A stretch of DNA of 64,000 bases from a candidate division WOR-3 bacterium. Its GTDB lineage: Bacteria > Hydrothermota > Tepidihabitantia > Tepidihabitantales > Tepidihabitantaceae. Below the pieces are notes generated by a model. The model did not search any database, had not been told where the DNA came from, and was given only the letters and a program-made list of their open reading frames with translations. Positions 29,072 to 37,597 of this stretch are shown here, in pieces; position 1 is the stretch's first letter; each line of letters opens with the position of its first letter. Location of the stretch: positions 10,491 through 74,490 of the forward strand of contig JBBISL010000003.1 in the NCBI GenBank assembly GCA_037441285.1, in the 5' to 3' direction. A program made the translations under genes and the position numbers.

Positions 29072-29512
29072 ATGCGCGGGATGTCTTTGATTGTTCAGGT
29101 GATGGCAGGACTGCTCGCCGGAATGGTCTTCCTCTACGGTGGCTACATAATCCTTCATGGCCATTTAACACCCGGCGGCGGTTTTGCCGGTGGGGTTTTG
29201 GTTGCCGCGGCGTTGATTCTCCTTTCGCTGGCATACGGTTCGGTTGAGCAGGTGGAGAAGCGGCGCTACATCTTCTCTTCGGTGTTTGAAAGTTTGGGCG
29301 GCGTTTTCTTCCTTGCGCTGGCACTCGTCGGTTACTTTGCCGCGGACTGCTTTTTCCGTAATACGGGCGTGTTTTATTTAGGCAAGCCCCTGCAACTGGT
29401 CTCCGGTGGTTTGATTCCGCTGGCAAACATCGCTATCGGCGTAAAGGTCGGCGCCGGACTCTTTGCCGTCTTTCTGGCGCTGGGTGCCTCAAGGTTTGTG
29501 ATGAAGGAGTAG
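29072..29512 (+). CDS. MrpB/MnhB-like membrane subunit
   Basis: About 146 aa, 4 TM. The start was moved to ATG 29072 just after the upstream stop. Confidence 0.5.
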   Translation: MRGMSLIVQVMAGLLAGMVFLYGGYIILHGHLTPGGGFAGGVLVAAALILLSLAYGSVEQVEKRRYIFSSVFESLGGVFFLALALVGYFAADCFFRNTGVFYLGKPLQLVSGGLIPLANIAIGVKVGAGLFAVFLALGASRFVMKE

Positions 29513-29514
29513 AG

Positions 29515-29868
29515 ATGATTCCATATATCGCCTGCGTCCTTTTGTTTCTCATCGGTCTCTATGTGGTGGTGTCAAAGCGGAACCTGATTAAAATTGTGAT
29601 TGGGTTCTGCCTGATTGAGTATGCGGTCAACCTGTTCTTTGCCCTGGTTGGGTTTAAAAAGGGTGCCCTGCCGCCGATTATCACCGGTGCCGACCAGGTA
29701 CGGCTCGGTGTTGCCCGCAACTTTGTTGACCCAATACCACAGGCGCTGGTGTTGACCGCAATCGTTATCGGACTGTCAACCACCGCATTGATGCTCTCGC
29801 TCGCGCTCCGTCTCTATGAGAAACACAAGACCTTTGATGTTTCGGAATTCAGAAAGTTGAAAGGATAA
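29515..29868 (+). CDS. MrpC/NuoK-like membrane subunit
   Basis: 117 aa, 3 TM, at the NuoK/MnhC position. Confidence 0.6.
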   Translation: MIPYIACVLLFLIGLYVVVSKRNLIKIVIGFCLIEYAVNLFFALVGFKKGALPPIITGADQVRLGVARNFVDPIPQALVLTAIVIGLSTTALMLSLALRLYEKHKTFDVSEFRKLKG

Positions 29869-29874
29869 GAGCCG

Positions 29875-31380
29875 ATGGAAGGCAAATTCCTACCACTGTT
29901 TATTGCGGTGCCTTTAGCCGGTGCCTTTCTCGTGCCCTTACTGTCCAAACTGTGGTCCCGTTTTGCTGACCTGATTGCCGGCATCGCCAGTGCTGCGCTT
30001 CTGGTGATTTCGGTTTACACCTGGCTGATTTTGAAAGCGGGTGGTGTGCCGCTGCACTACTGGGTTGGTGGCTGGAAGGTAATTGGCATCGCGATGTGGT
30101 TTGATGCCCTGACCGCACTCATTGTTCTGGTGATTAACATCGTGGCTTTCTGCGCAATGCTTTACTCAATCCGCTATCTGGACCGTTACACCACGGGCCG
30201 CTGGAAGTTTTACACCCTGTTTTTACTCCTCGTTGCCGGTTTGAATGGTCTGGCGATATCCGGTGACCTGTTCAATATGTTTGTCTTCATTGAGATTTCT
30301 GCCATTGCCAGTTATGCGCTGGTGGCATTTGGTACCGAAGAAGAAGAGGTTGAGGCGGCGTTCAAATATATGGTCCTGGGTGAAGTGGGTGGTGCGGTGC
30401 TCCTCTTTGGCATTGCGCTCCTCTACGCCCACGCTTCAACCCTGAATCTGGCAACCCTGTCTCAGACACTAATAACCAACGGTAAAACGCCCTTTTACTG
30501 GTTTACCATTGCCACCCTGTTAATCGGGTTTGCCATCAAGATGGGTATGGAACCGTTCCACGCCTGGCTGGCAGACGCCCACTTCTCAGCACCGGCACCC
30601 ATCTCGGCGATGCTTTCCGGTGTGTTCATCAAGGTCACCGGTGTTTATGGGATGTGCCGTTTAATGTTCAATGTGTTTGGTGTATCCCGGGCACAGACTC
30701 CGGCATTCTTCAACCTGTTGATTGCCTTTGGTGCGGTTTCAATGGTACTGGGCGGACTTTTAGCCTACTCCCAGAACGACTACAAACGGCTCCTTGCCTA
30801 CTCCAGTATCAGCCAGATTGGTTATATCCTTGTCGCGCTCGGTATCGGCAACTACTGGGGTTTTGTTGGCGCGCTGTTTCACATCCTTGCCCACGCTTTG
30901 GGTAAGGGCACCTTGTTCTTAGCCAGCGGTTCGGTTGAGATGCAGGCGGGCACCAGGGAACTTGACCATCTGAAAGGACTGGAGCGGTCAATGCCCTTCA
31001 CATCCTGGGCGCACATTCTTGGCTCATTCTCAATGGCAGGGGTGCCGCCCTTTGCCGGATTCTTCTCCAAGTTGTTCATCATCATCGGTGCGATTGCCGC
31101 CCGAATGTACTGGCTCGCATTCCTTGCGGCGCTCTTCTCCGCGGTCACTTTGAGTTATTTAACAAAGGTGGTCAACACCGCATTCTTTGCGAAAAAGAAC
31201 GAAGCGCCCACAAAGGCAAAAGAGTCACCGGCAACAATGGTTCTGGCGATGGTTCTCCTGGTCGCATTAATTCTTGTTGTCGGGATTGGTTTTCAGGGCG
31301 TTCTCGACCATCTAATTGGTCCGGCGGCAAAGGTGCTATTGAACGGGCTGGACTATGCCCGATTGATGCTCGGAGGATAA
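29875..31380 (+). CDS. Antiporter-like membrane subunit, MrpD/NuoM-like
   Basis: 501 aa with the HAWLADAHFSAPAPISAML motif. Confidence 0.75.
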   Translation: MEGKFLPLFIAVPLAGAFLVPLLSKLWSRFADLIAGIASAALLVISVYTWLILKAGGVPLHYWVGGWKVIGIAMWFDALTALIVLVINIVAFCAMLYSIRYLDRYTTGRWKFYTLFLLLVAGLNGLAISGDLFNMFVFIEISAIASYALVAFGTEEEEVEAAFKYMVLGEVGGAVLLFGIALLYAHASTLNLATLSQTLITNGKTPFYWFTIATLLIGFAIKMGMEPFHAWLADAHFSAPAPISAMLSGVFIKVTGVYGMCRLMFNVFGVSRAQTPAFFNLLIAFGAVSMVLGGLLAYSQNDYKRLLAYSSISQIGYILVALGIGNYWGFVGALFHILAHALGKGTLFLASGSVEMQAGTRELDHLKGLERSMPFTSWAHILGSFSMAGVPPFAGFFSKLFIIIGAIAARMYWLAFLAALFSAVTLSYLTKVVNTAFFAKKNEAPTKAKESPATMVLAMVLLVALILVVGIGFQGVLDHLIGPAAKVLLNGLDYARLMLGG

Positions 31381-31381
31381 G

Positions 31382-31870
31382 ATGGCAAAGCGCATTGCTT
31401 ACTTCATTGCCGGCGTTATCATCTGGGTACTCTTAAGCTGGACCCTGCACTATCAGGAGGTACTTGCCGGGGTTGCGGTATCGGCGATTACCGCGGGTAT
31501 GTTTGGTGGTTATCTACCCCTGAAGGCAGGAAAACTTTTGAATCCGGTGCGCTGGTTCTGGCTGCTTGTGTATATCCCGGTGTTTGGCTGGCAGTGTCTC
31601 AAGGCGAACATTGATGTTGCGCTGCGCGTCCTTTCCCCTGGAATGAACTTAAAACCGGGAATTGTGAAGATTAAGACCAACTTGAAGAGCGATATCGCCC
31701 GGGTTTTTTTGGCGAACTCAATCACAATGACTCCGGGCACGCTTACGGTGGAAATCAAGGACGACTACCTCTACATTCACTGGATTGAAGTGCGCAGCGA
31801 CGACCCGGAAGAGTGCGCCCGGATGATTAAAGGACCGTTTGAGTTTTTCCTCGCGCGGATATTTGATTAA
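31382..31870 (+). CDS. MrpE/MnhE-like subunit
   Basis: 162 aa with two N-terminal TM helices then a soluble domain, at the MnhE position. Confidence 0.55.
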   Translation: MAKRIAYFIAGVIIWVLLSWTLHYQEVLAGVAVSAITAGMFGGYLPLKAGKLLNPVRWFWLLVYIPVFGWQCLKANIDVALRVLSPGMNLKPGIVKIKTNLKSDIARVFLANSITMTPGTLTVEIKDDYLYIHWIEVRSDDPEECARMIKGPFEFFLARIFD

Positions 31871-31883
31871 GGAGGCTTGAGCG

Positions 31884-32135
31884 ATGATACCGATTATCGT
31901 TTTGATTCCGGCAGCGCTCTTCTGCCTGTATCGGGCGCTTCAGGGTCCATCAATTGCCGACCGGGCGATAGCGGTTGATATGATGGGCGTGGTGTTCTCG
32001 GCAATCACCGGTCTGGTTGCGCTTCAGTACCGCTTGAGTTACCTTCTGGACATCTCAATTGCGCTTGCGGTCATCTCATTTATTGGCACTCTGGCGCTGG
32101 CAAAGTACCTTGAAGGAAGGAGTCTTGATGATTAG
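31884..32135 (+). CDS. MrpF/MnhF-like subunit
   Basis: 83 aa, 3 TM. Confidence 0.5.
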   Translation: MIPIIVLIPAALFCLYRALQGPSIADRAIAVDMMGVVFSAITGLVALQYRLSYLLDISIALAVISFIGTLALAKYLEGRSLDD

Positions 32136-32481
32136 CGCACTGGCACTGATTTCGCTCTGGCTCGGAGTCATTTTCGTGCTTCTGGGTGCGCTCGGACTGG
32201 CACGGTTTCCGGACATCTACAACCGGATGCAGGCGGCGACCAAATGCGTCACCCTTGGGGTCTGCGGCATTATGCTCGGTGTATTTTTGAAAACCGGTTT
32301 CACGGCGCTCGGCATCAAGGCGCTCATCTGTGCCCTTTTCATCCTTGTCACGGTTCCGGTTTCCAGTCATGCACTGGCACGCGGCTCCTTAATCGCCGGA
32401 GTGAAACTGTGGAAGGGTACGGTCAAGGACAAGTTTACTGAAGACCGTGGTGGCAAATCAATCATTGAGGAAGAAAAATGA
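32128..32481 (+). CDS. MrpG/MnhG-like subunit
   Basis: LGALGLARFPDIYNRMQAATKCVTLG matches the MnhG signature. The start was set at ATG 32128 with an RBS (AAGGAAGG). Confidence 0.6.
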   Translation: MISALALISLWLGVIFVLLGALGLARFPDIYNRMQAATKCVTLGVCGIMLGVFLKTGFTALGIKALICALFILVTVPVSSHALARGSLIAGVKLWKGTVKDKFTEDRGGKSIIEEEK

Positions 32482-33089
32482 GGATTCCATTACCAAAACT
32501 GCGGGAACTAATTGAAGCGGTGCGGGCGGTGGTTAAAGGTCCGTTTACCACCCAGTTTCCGAAAAAGGTTGATTCGGTTCATCCCAACTTCCGGGGAATT
32601 TTGAAGTTCCGGGAAGAGAACTGCCTCTGCTGTGGCGCCTGTGTCCAGGTTTGTCCAACCGATGCCCGCGAGATTGTCATTGACCTTCAGAAGGGTGTCA
32701 AGCGTAACATCCACTATGCGGACCATTGTATCTACTGTGCCCAGTGTGTCCTGCACTGCCCGAACGATGCGATTTACCACACCCCGGAGTTTGACCTTTC
32801 CCGGACCGAACGGGGCGGTTGGGAAACATCGGTGGAGAAGGAACTGGTTTACTGCGAAATCTGCGGCGCACCATTTGCCACCCGCGCCCACCTGTTATGG
32901 ATTGCCCATCGGGTTGGTGATTTGGTCAACTCCAACCCGACCCTGTTTTTGACCCTTTATCAGTCGCTCGGTATTGCCGCGCCCCAGGAAGCGCCTGCCG
33001 GCGCGGTTCCTTACCGTTCTGGCACATTAAGGGTTCTCTGCCCGGACTGTCGGCGCAAGACCTATATGTCCGAAGAGTGGGGTTATTAA
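32478..33089 (+). CDS. 2x[4Fe-4S] subunit, NuoI/MbhN-like, with an extra C-terminal Cys pair
   Basis: Contains CLCCGACVQVCP and CIYCAQCVLHCP, plus CEICG...CPDC. It is the last gene of the operon. Confidence 0.65.
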   Translation: MRIPLPKLRELIEAVRAVVKGPFTTQFPKKVDSVHPNFRGILKFREENCLCCGACVQVCPTDAREIVIDLQKGVKRNIHYADHCIYCAQCVLHCPNDAIYHTPEFDLSRTERGGWETSVEKELVYCEICGAPFATRAHLLWIAHRVGDLVNSNPTLFLTLYQSLGIAAPQEAPAGAVPYRSGTLRVLCPDCRRKTYMSEEWGY

Positions 33090-33445
33090 CAACCCTGACT
33101 CAAACACTCTTATCCGAAACACTCCTTAACCGCATAAACCGGAAGAAGTTACTGAACTGTGCCTGTGCTATTGGGTTTAAGTGAATTCAGACCGGGCTTG
33201 GCACCGCACTAAAGAACATAACATACAAGACCCATCTGTAAGTAAATCTGTGATGGGCAAAAGAATTGGGTGATGACATTGAACTGACCTCTTTTCAGGG
33301 TGGGGTATTGCACAGGGTTTTCGGTGTAAGTTAAATAATTATCAATAAGATAACACCGAAGGGCTCTATTCTGGCTTCTGCTCTATCACACTTCTGCGCT
33401 ATAGTCCTATGCGCCAGAAAGGGCGAGTCAGGGGTAATCCCCGGA

Positions 33446-33477
33446 ACTGTACCCGGACTACCGGGTGTGCCTTTTTT
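33446..33477 (+). terminator. Rho-independent terminator
   Basis: Stem GTACCCGG / CCGGGTGT with loop ACTA, then GCC and TTTTTT. Confidence 0.5.
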
Positions 33478-33595
33478 GTAACTCTTTGCCGCTTTTTCGT
33501 ATATAATATAACAATCCGCAAAACCGGGCGTTAATCTGGTCTGTTTTTGTTGACAGAAGGTTCTTTTTGTGTAACATTCAATATCTGGTAAGGTT

Positions 33596-35329
33596 ATGAG
33601 TTTGAGAGTTTTTCGCCTTTTGCTCTCGGTTTGCGTTATCTTCAACCCTGTTTTTTCCGGTACCAGCAGGACTAAAAACCCGCGCGACAGACTAACAAAG
33701 AGAGTTCCAGAATCTTTCAATTTTCCAAAACACAAACAAGAAAAAGACAGGCTTATGGACTATATTGGTGTTGCAAAAACATCGCTTGGACAAAATGCAG
33801 ATGGAGCGAGATATGGCATAAGAGCAACAAAAATTCCACCAGACACAACAATACACAAATCACCAGATACTGGCGGTCTTTATTCTGTTGCTGATTCTGA
33901 ATTAGGGCCATTTAATGTTGGGGACACAATCATAGTTCATTTGTACAAGCGGATCAACCCGCAAGATAGTTCAAATATAGTTCATGTTGTTACACCAGAA
34001 GACACATTATGGTATTGGCAATATCTTCCAGAGGTTTGTTGTGACAGTTCTCTTGTTCCCAACAGAGCACACACAATATGTATAAGAAACGTTTTTTCTC
34101 CTATTAATACAAGAAAGTTTGTAGAATACTATTTAAAAAAAGACCCCTCTCATAGAGACACTGTTTTTGGTCCGCAATATAATTCAGCTGACACCTTTTT
34201 CTTCAATTTAGAGCATCTTCCTCAGCCCGCAAATGATGGTGATACTGTTAATATGCACATTGGCCTTTTTGAGATACTAGGTAGTGATACTATAGTTAAT
34301 GATACCATTTACTTAGACACTTTTGACATTGTTAAAAAATGGGTTGGCAGATTTCCAAATGATGCTCAGAGAATGGACACCTGCACCCTGCGGGTTCATA
34401 TCGTGCACGATGTGGGTGTAGCGCGGATTGTGGCGCCGGTTGGTGTTATTGACTCGGGTATGGTTGTTACCCCCGAGGTCTGGATAAAGAACTACGGCAG
34501 CCGTAGCGGGACCTTTGCTGCCCGGTTCAGGGTTGGCACGGTGTATGACCGCCGGGTTTCAGGTATCAACCTTGCACCTGGTGAGACCATCCTGATTAGT
34601 TTTCCCGAATGGCACGCAGACTGCCGGGGCATAGTTGCGGTCCGGTGCTCAACTGAACTGGACGGTGATGCCAATCCGGCTAATGACTGCAAAGTGGACA
34701 CGGTGTTTGTGCGGTTGCAGGATGTGGCGGCAGAGCGGATTCTTGCCCCGCGCGGTGTGGTGCGGCTGGACAGCACCATCATTCCAGCAGCGGTGGTCCA
34801 AAATCCGGGCACAGAGCCGGTCCAGTTCTGGGCGATAATGCGCATCGGTTCTGACTACATTCAGGGTGTGCCGGATTCGCTGGCGCCGGGTGGGGTTGAT
34901 ACGGTATGGTTTGGCACCTGGCGTGCGAGCCAGATTGGGGTTTATCCGGTGCGCTGCACGGTGGCGCTGGTCGGTGATATGAACCCGTTTAACGACATCA
35001 CTTTTGACAGTGTGGTTGTCACTGCTGCTGGTGTCACAGATGCGGGCAACCAGCCGGAGTACTTCCAGACCATTGGTGCCAGCATTACTGCTGGCGGTTT
35101 TGGGTTCCGGTATCGGCTGGACCAGGATGCGGTGGTAAAGGTTGCCATCTATTCGGCAACCGGCAAACTAATCCGCACTGTTGAGTCCAGCCACCGGGGT
35201 CCGGGCGTTTATCAGGTGCGATGGGATGGCAGGGACAACAGGGGCAAAATCCTGCCCGGTGGTGTTTACTACTGCCGGTTTGCGGCCGGGCGGTTTGCAA
35301 CCACCTGCAAACTCATCTGGCAGGATTAA
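33596..35329 (+). CDS. Secreted protein with an N-terminal domain of unknown function, two CARDB-like repeats and a Por/T9SS-type C-terminal sorting domain
   Basis: Signal peptide present. The repeats are VGVARIVAPVGVIDSG... and VAAERILAPRGVVRLDS.... The C-terminus is VKVAIYSATGKLIRTVESSHRGPGVYQVRWDGRDNRGKILPGGVYYCRFAAG. Confidence 0.7.
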   Translation: MSLRVFRLLLSVCVIFNPVFSGTSRTKNPRDRLTKRVPESFNFPKHKQEKDRLMDYIGVAKTSLGQNADGARYGIRATKIPPDTTIHKSPDTGGLYSVADSELGPFNVGDTIIVHLYKRINPQDSSNIVHVVTPEDTLWYWQYLPEVCCDSSLVPNRAHTICIRNVFSPINTRKFVEYYLKKDPSHRDTVFGPQYNSADTFFFNLEHLPQPANDGDTVNMHIGLFEILGSDTIVNDTIYLDTFDIVKKWVGRFPNDAQRMDTCTLRVHIVHDVGVARIVAPVGVIDSGMVVTPEVWIKNYGSRSGTFAARFRVGTVYDRRVSGINLAPGETILISFPEWHADCRGIVAVRCSTELDGDANPANDCKVDTVFVRLQDVAAERILAPRGVVRLDSTIIPAAVVQNPGTEPVQFWAIMRIGSDYIQGVPDSLAPGGVDTVWFGTWRASQIGVYPVRCTVALVGDMNPFNDITFDSVVVTAAGVTDAGNQPEYFQTIGASITAGGFGFRYRLDQDAVVKVAIYSATGKLIRTVESSHRGPGVYQVRWDGRDNRGKILPGGVYYCRFAAGRFATTCKLIWQD

Positions 35330-35447
35330 ACTGCGGTTTGGTCCGGGGAAAATGACGGGGACGGATTGTCGGCGCCGATAACGCGGTCCTAACACATTTC
35401 TCCACTGAATCGCTTGACATTTTTTCCGTTTTGGTAATACTTGGGAT

Positions 35448-35792
35448 GTGACGATTGGTGAGTTTCAGAAGTTAATCGGTGAGATTTATCTGGTTAAGGA
35501 CCGCCAGCGCGGGGTTGAGGGCACTTTTCGCTGGTTTGTGGAAGAGGTGGGCGAACTGGCGCGGGCGCTGCGACACAATCGAACCGAAGAGAAGGAAGAG
35601 GAGTTTGCCGATGTTTTTGCCTGGCTGGTGAGTCTGGCGAGTATTGCCGGAGTGGAACTGGAGCAGGCGTGCCGTAAGTATCGCAATGGCTGCCCGAAGT
35701 GCCATTCAATACCGTGTCAGTGCAGGGAAGAAAGCGGTTTTCACACCGGCAGGAAGCCGGATTGTGAGGACCGGAGCGGAAGATTGGGGTAA
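35448..35792 (+). CDS. Small MazG-like nucleotide pyrophosphohydrolase with a Cys-rich tail
   Basis: EExxE-type motifs EEVGELARAL and EEFADVFAWL, and a C-terminal CPKCHSIPCQC. Confidence 0.55.
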   Translation: MTIGEFQKLIGEIYLVKDRQRGVEGTFRWFVEEVGELARALRHNRTEEKEEEFADVFAWLVSLASIAGVELEQACRKYRNGCPKCHSIPCQCREESGFHTGRKPDCEDRSGRLG

Positions 35793-35801
35793 AGGAGCGT
35801 T

Positions 35802-36956
35802 ATGGGTAACACACTTTTACTGTTTGCGTGGCTTTTAAGCGCGGTTTCACCACCGACGCTTTTTGTTCAGGATACGCCCAATGATGCGGGAAAGAGTATC
35901 ACCATTCGCTGGCAACTGGCGCCAGAGCAAAGTCCGGATTTGGTTGTTCTGGAGCGGAGTTGCGAGCGGGAGTCAACGCAGATTGTCGCGACGCTCGGTG
36001 CCGGTGATAATGGGTACATTGATGAGAATGTTTGTGATGGGGTGCGCTACGCTTATCGCCTGGGTGCGGTGTTTGGCACGGATACGGTGTGGAGTGAAAG
36101 TTCCGGATGGGTGGTGAGTAAGCCGCAGTGGTTTAACTGGGGAAGGGTGAACATCCTGATTGCGATGATTCTGTTTTTTGCCCTGGTGATTTATTTTATT
36201 GAGCATGCGAAGGCAGGTCGGCATCTGTTTGTGAGGCGCATCGCGGGTTTGGATGCGGTGGAAGAGGCGGTAGGAAGAGCGACCGAGATGGGAAAGCCGA
36301 TTGTTTATGTGCCCGGGTTGGGTTCGGTGGCGGATATCGCAACGATTGCTTCGCTCAATATCCTGGGTGAAGTGGCAAAGAAGACCGCCCAGTACGACTC
36401 GGCACTACTCGTGCCGAACCGCGACCCGATTGTTTATACGGTGGCACGGGAGGTGGTGAAGGAGGCTTACACCCGGGCAGGCAGGCCCGATGCGTTTAAA
36501 CCGGATAACATCTTTTATGTGACTTCGGAGCAGTTTGCCTATGCGGCGGCGGTGGACGGTTTAATGGTGCGGGAGAAGCCGGCAACGAACTTTTTCCTTG
36601 GTACATTCTGGGCAGAGTCGCTAATTCTCGCGGAGACGGGCGCAACGACCGGTGCGATTCAGATTGCCGGGACCGATTCGGTGTTCCAGTTGCCGTTTTT
36701 TATCACCGCCTGCGACTACACCTTGATTGGCGAAGAGCTTTATGCGGCAAGCGCCTATCTTTCGCGCGAGCCTTTGCTGCTCGGTTCTCTCAAAGGGCAG
36801 GATATGGGGAAGTTGGTGATTCTCTTGGTGATTGTTCTGGGTTCGGCGTTGGTTTTGCTTTCGGCGTTACCCGGGCTGAAATTTTTCCAGGCGGTGAGCA
36901 ACTTCTTTAATGTGAGCGGTATCAACCTGATTGGTACCGGTCTTCCCCTCGGGTAA
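35802..36956 (+). CDS. Hypothetical membrane protein (signal peptide, Fn3-like ectodomain, TM, ~200-aa domain, C-terminal TM)
   Basis: 384 aa. I recognise no known catalytic motif. It is the first gene of a four-gene coupled operon. Confidence 0.5.
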   Translation: MGNTLLLFAWLLSAVSPPTLFVQDTPNDAGKSITIRWQLAPEQSPDLVVLERSCERESTQIVATLGAGDNGYIDENVCDGVRYAYRLGAVFGTDTVWSESSGWVVSKPQWFNWGRVNILIAMILFFALVIYFIEHAKAGRHLFVRRIAGLDAVEEAVGRATEMGKPIVYVPGLGSVADIATIASLNILGEVAKKTAQYDSALLVPNRDPIVYTVAREVVKEAYTRAGRPDAFKPDNIFYVTSEQFAYAAAVDGLMVREKPATNFFLGTFWAESLILAETGATTGAIQIAGTDSVFQLPFFITACDYTLIGEELYAASAYLSREPLLLGSLKGQDMGKLVILLVIVLGSALVLLSALPGLKFFQAVSNFFNVSGINLIGTGLPLG

Positions 36957-36970
36957 GAAAGGAGGATGTT

Positions 36971-37597
36971 GTGCGCAGGAGTATACCGCTGGCGATTTGT
37001 TTGATAATGGGGATTGTGATGATGGTTCAGTTTTTTGTGCCCCATCCGATTTCGGTCGGCTTTTACGACCTGACAACAAAGTGGATTCGGATTGTTTCGG
37101 CTTTTGCCTTGGTTCTGGGGGTGGGAAGTTTGGCTCTCTACCATCTTGACCGGTTGCAGCGCCGGCGTGCCGGCTGGGTGTATTCAATCGTCACGCTGGT
37201 GGCGCTGGTGGTTACCGCGGTTATCGGTTTGGTCTGGGGTGTGAAGCCCGGTTCGCCATTGCAGGAGGTGATTTTTAAGAATATGCTGGTGCCGCTGAAT
37301 GCGTCAATGTTTGCGATTCTGGCGTTTTATATGGCGTCAGCGGCATATCGCGCGTTCCGGGCGCGAACCAAGGAAGCGGCGTTGCTTTTGATTGCGGCGT
37401 TTATTGTGATGCTCGGAATGGTGCCGGTGGGTGCGGCAATCTGGGGTAAACTGCCGGAAGTGGCGGAGTGGATTCTTTCGGTGCCGAATATGGCGGCAAA
37501 GCGGGCGATTGTGTTCGGGGTGGCGCTGGGCGCGATTGCAACTTCACTCAAGGTGATTTTAGGGATTGAACGCGGCTGGCTGGGAGGAGGTAAGTGA
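36971..37597 (+). CDS. Hypothetical polytopic membrane protein
   Basis: 208 aa, about 6 TM. Confidence 0.5.
   Translation: MRRSIPLAICLIMGIVMMVQFFVPHPISVGFYDLTTKWIRIVSAFALVLGVGSLALYHLDRLQRRRAGWVYSIVTLVALVVTAVIGLVWGVKPGSPLQEVIFKNMLVPLNASMFAILAFYMASAAYRAFRARTKEAALLLIAAFIVMLGMVPVGAAIWGKLPEVAEWILSVPNMAAKRAIVFGVALGAIATSLKVILGIERGWLGGGK

Noticed and set aside
33331-33735. 134-aa minus-strand ORF
   Set aside because: It is antisense to the structured intergenic region and to the 5' end of the T9SS cargo gene, with no RBS. It is spurious.
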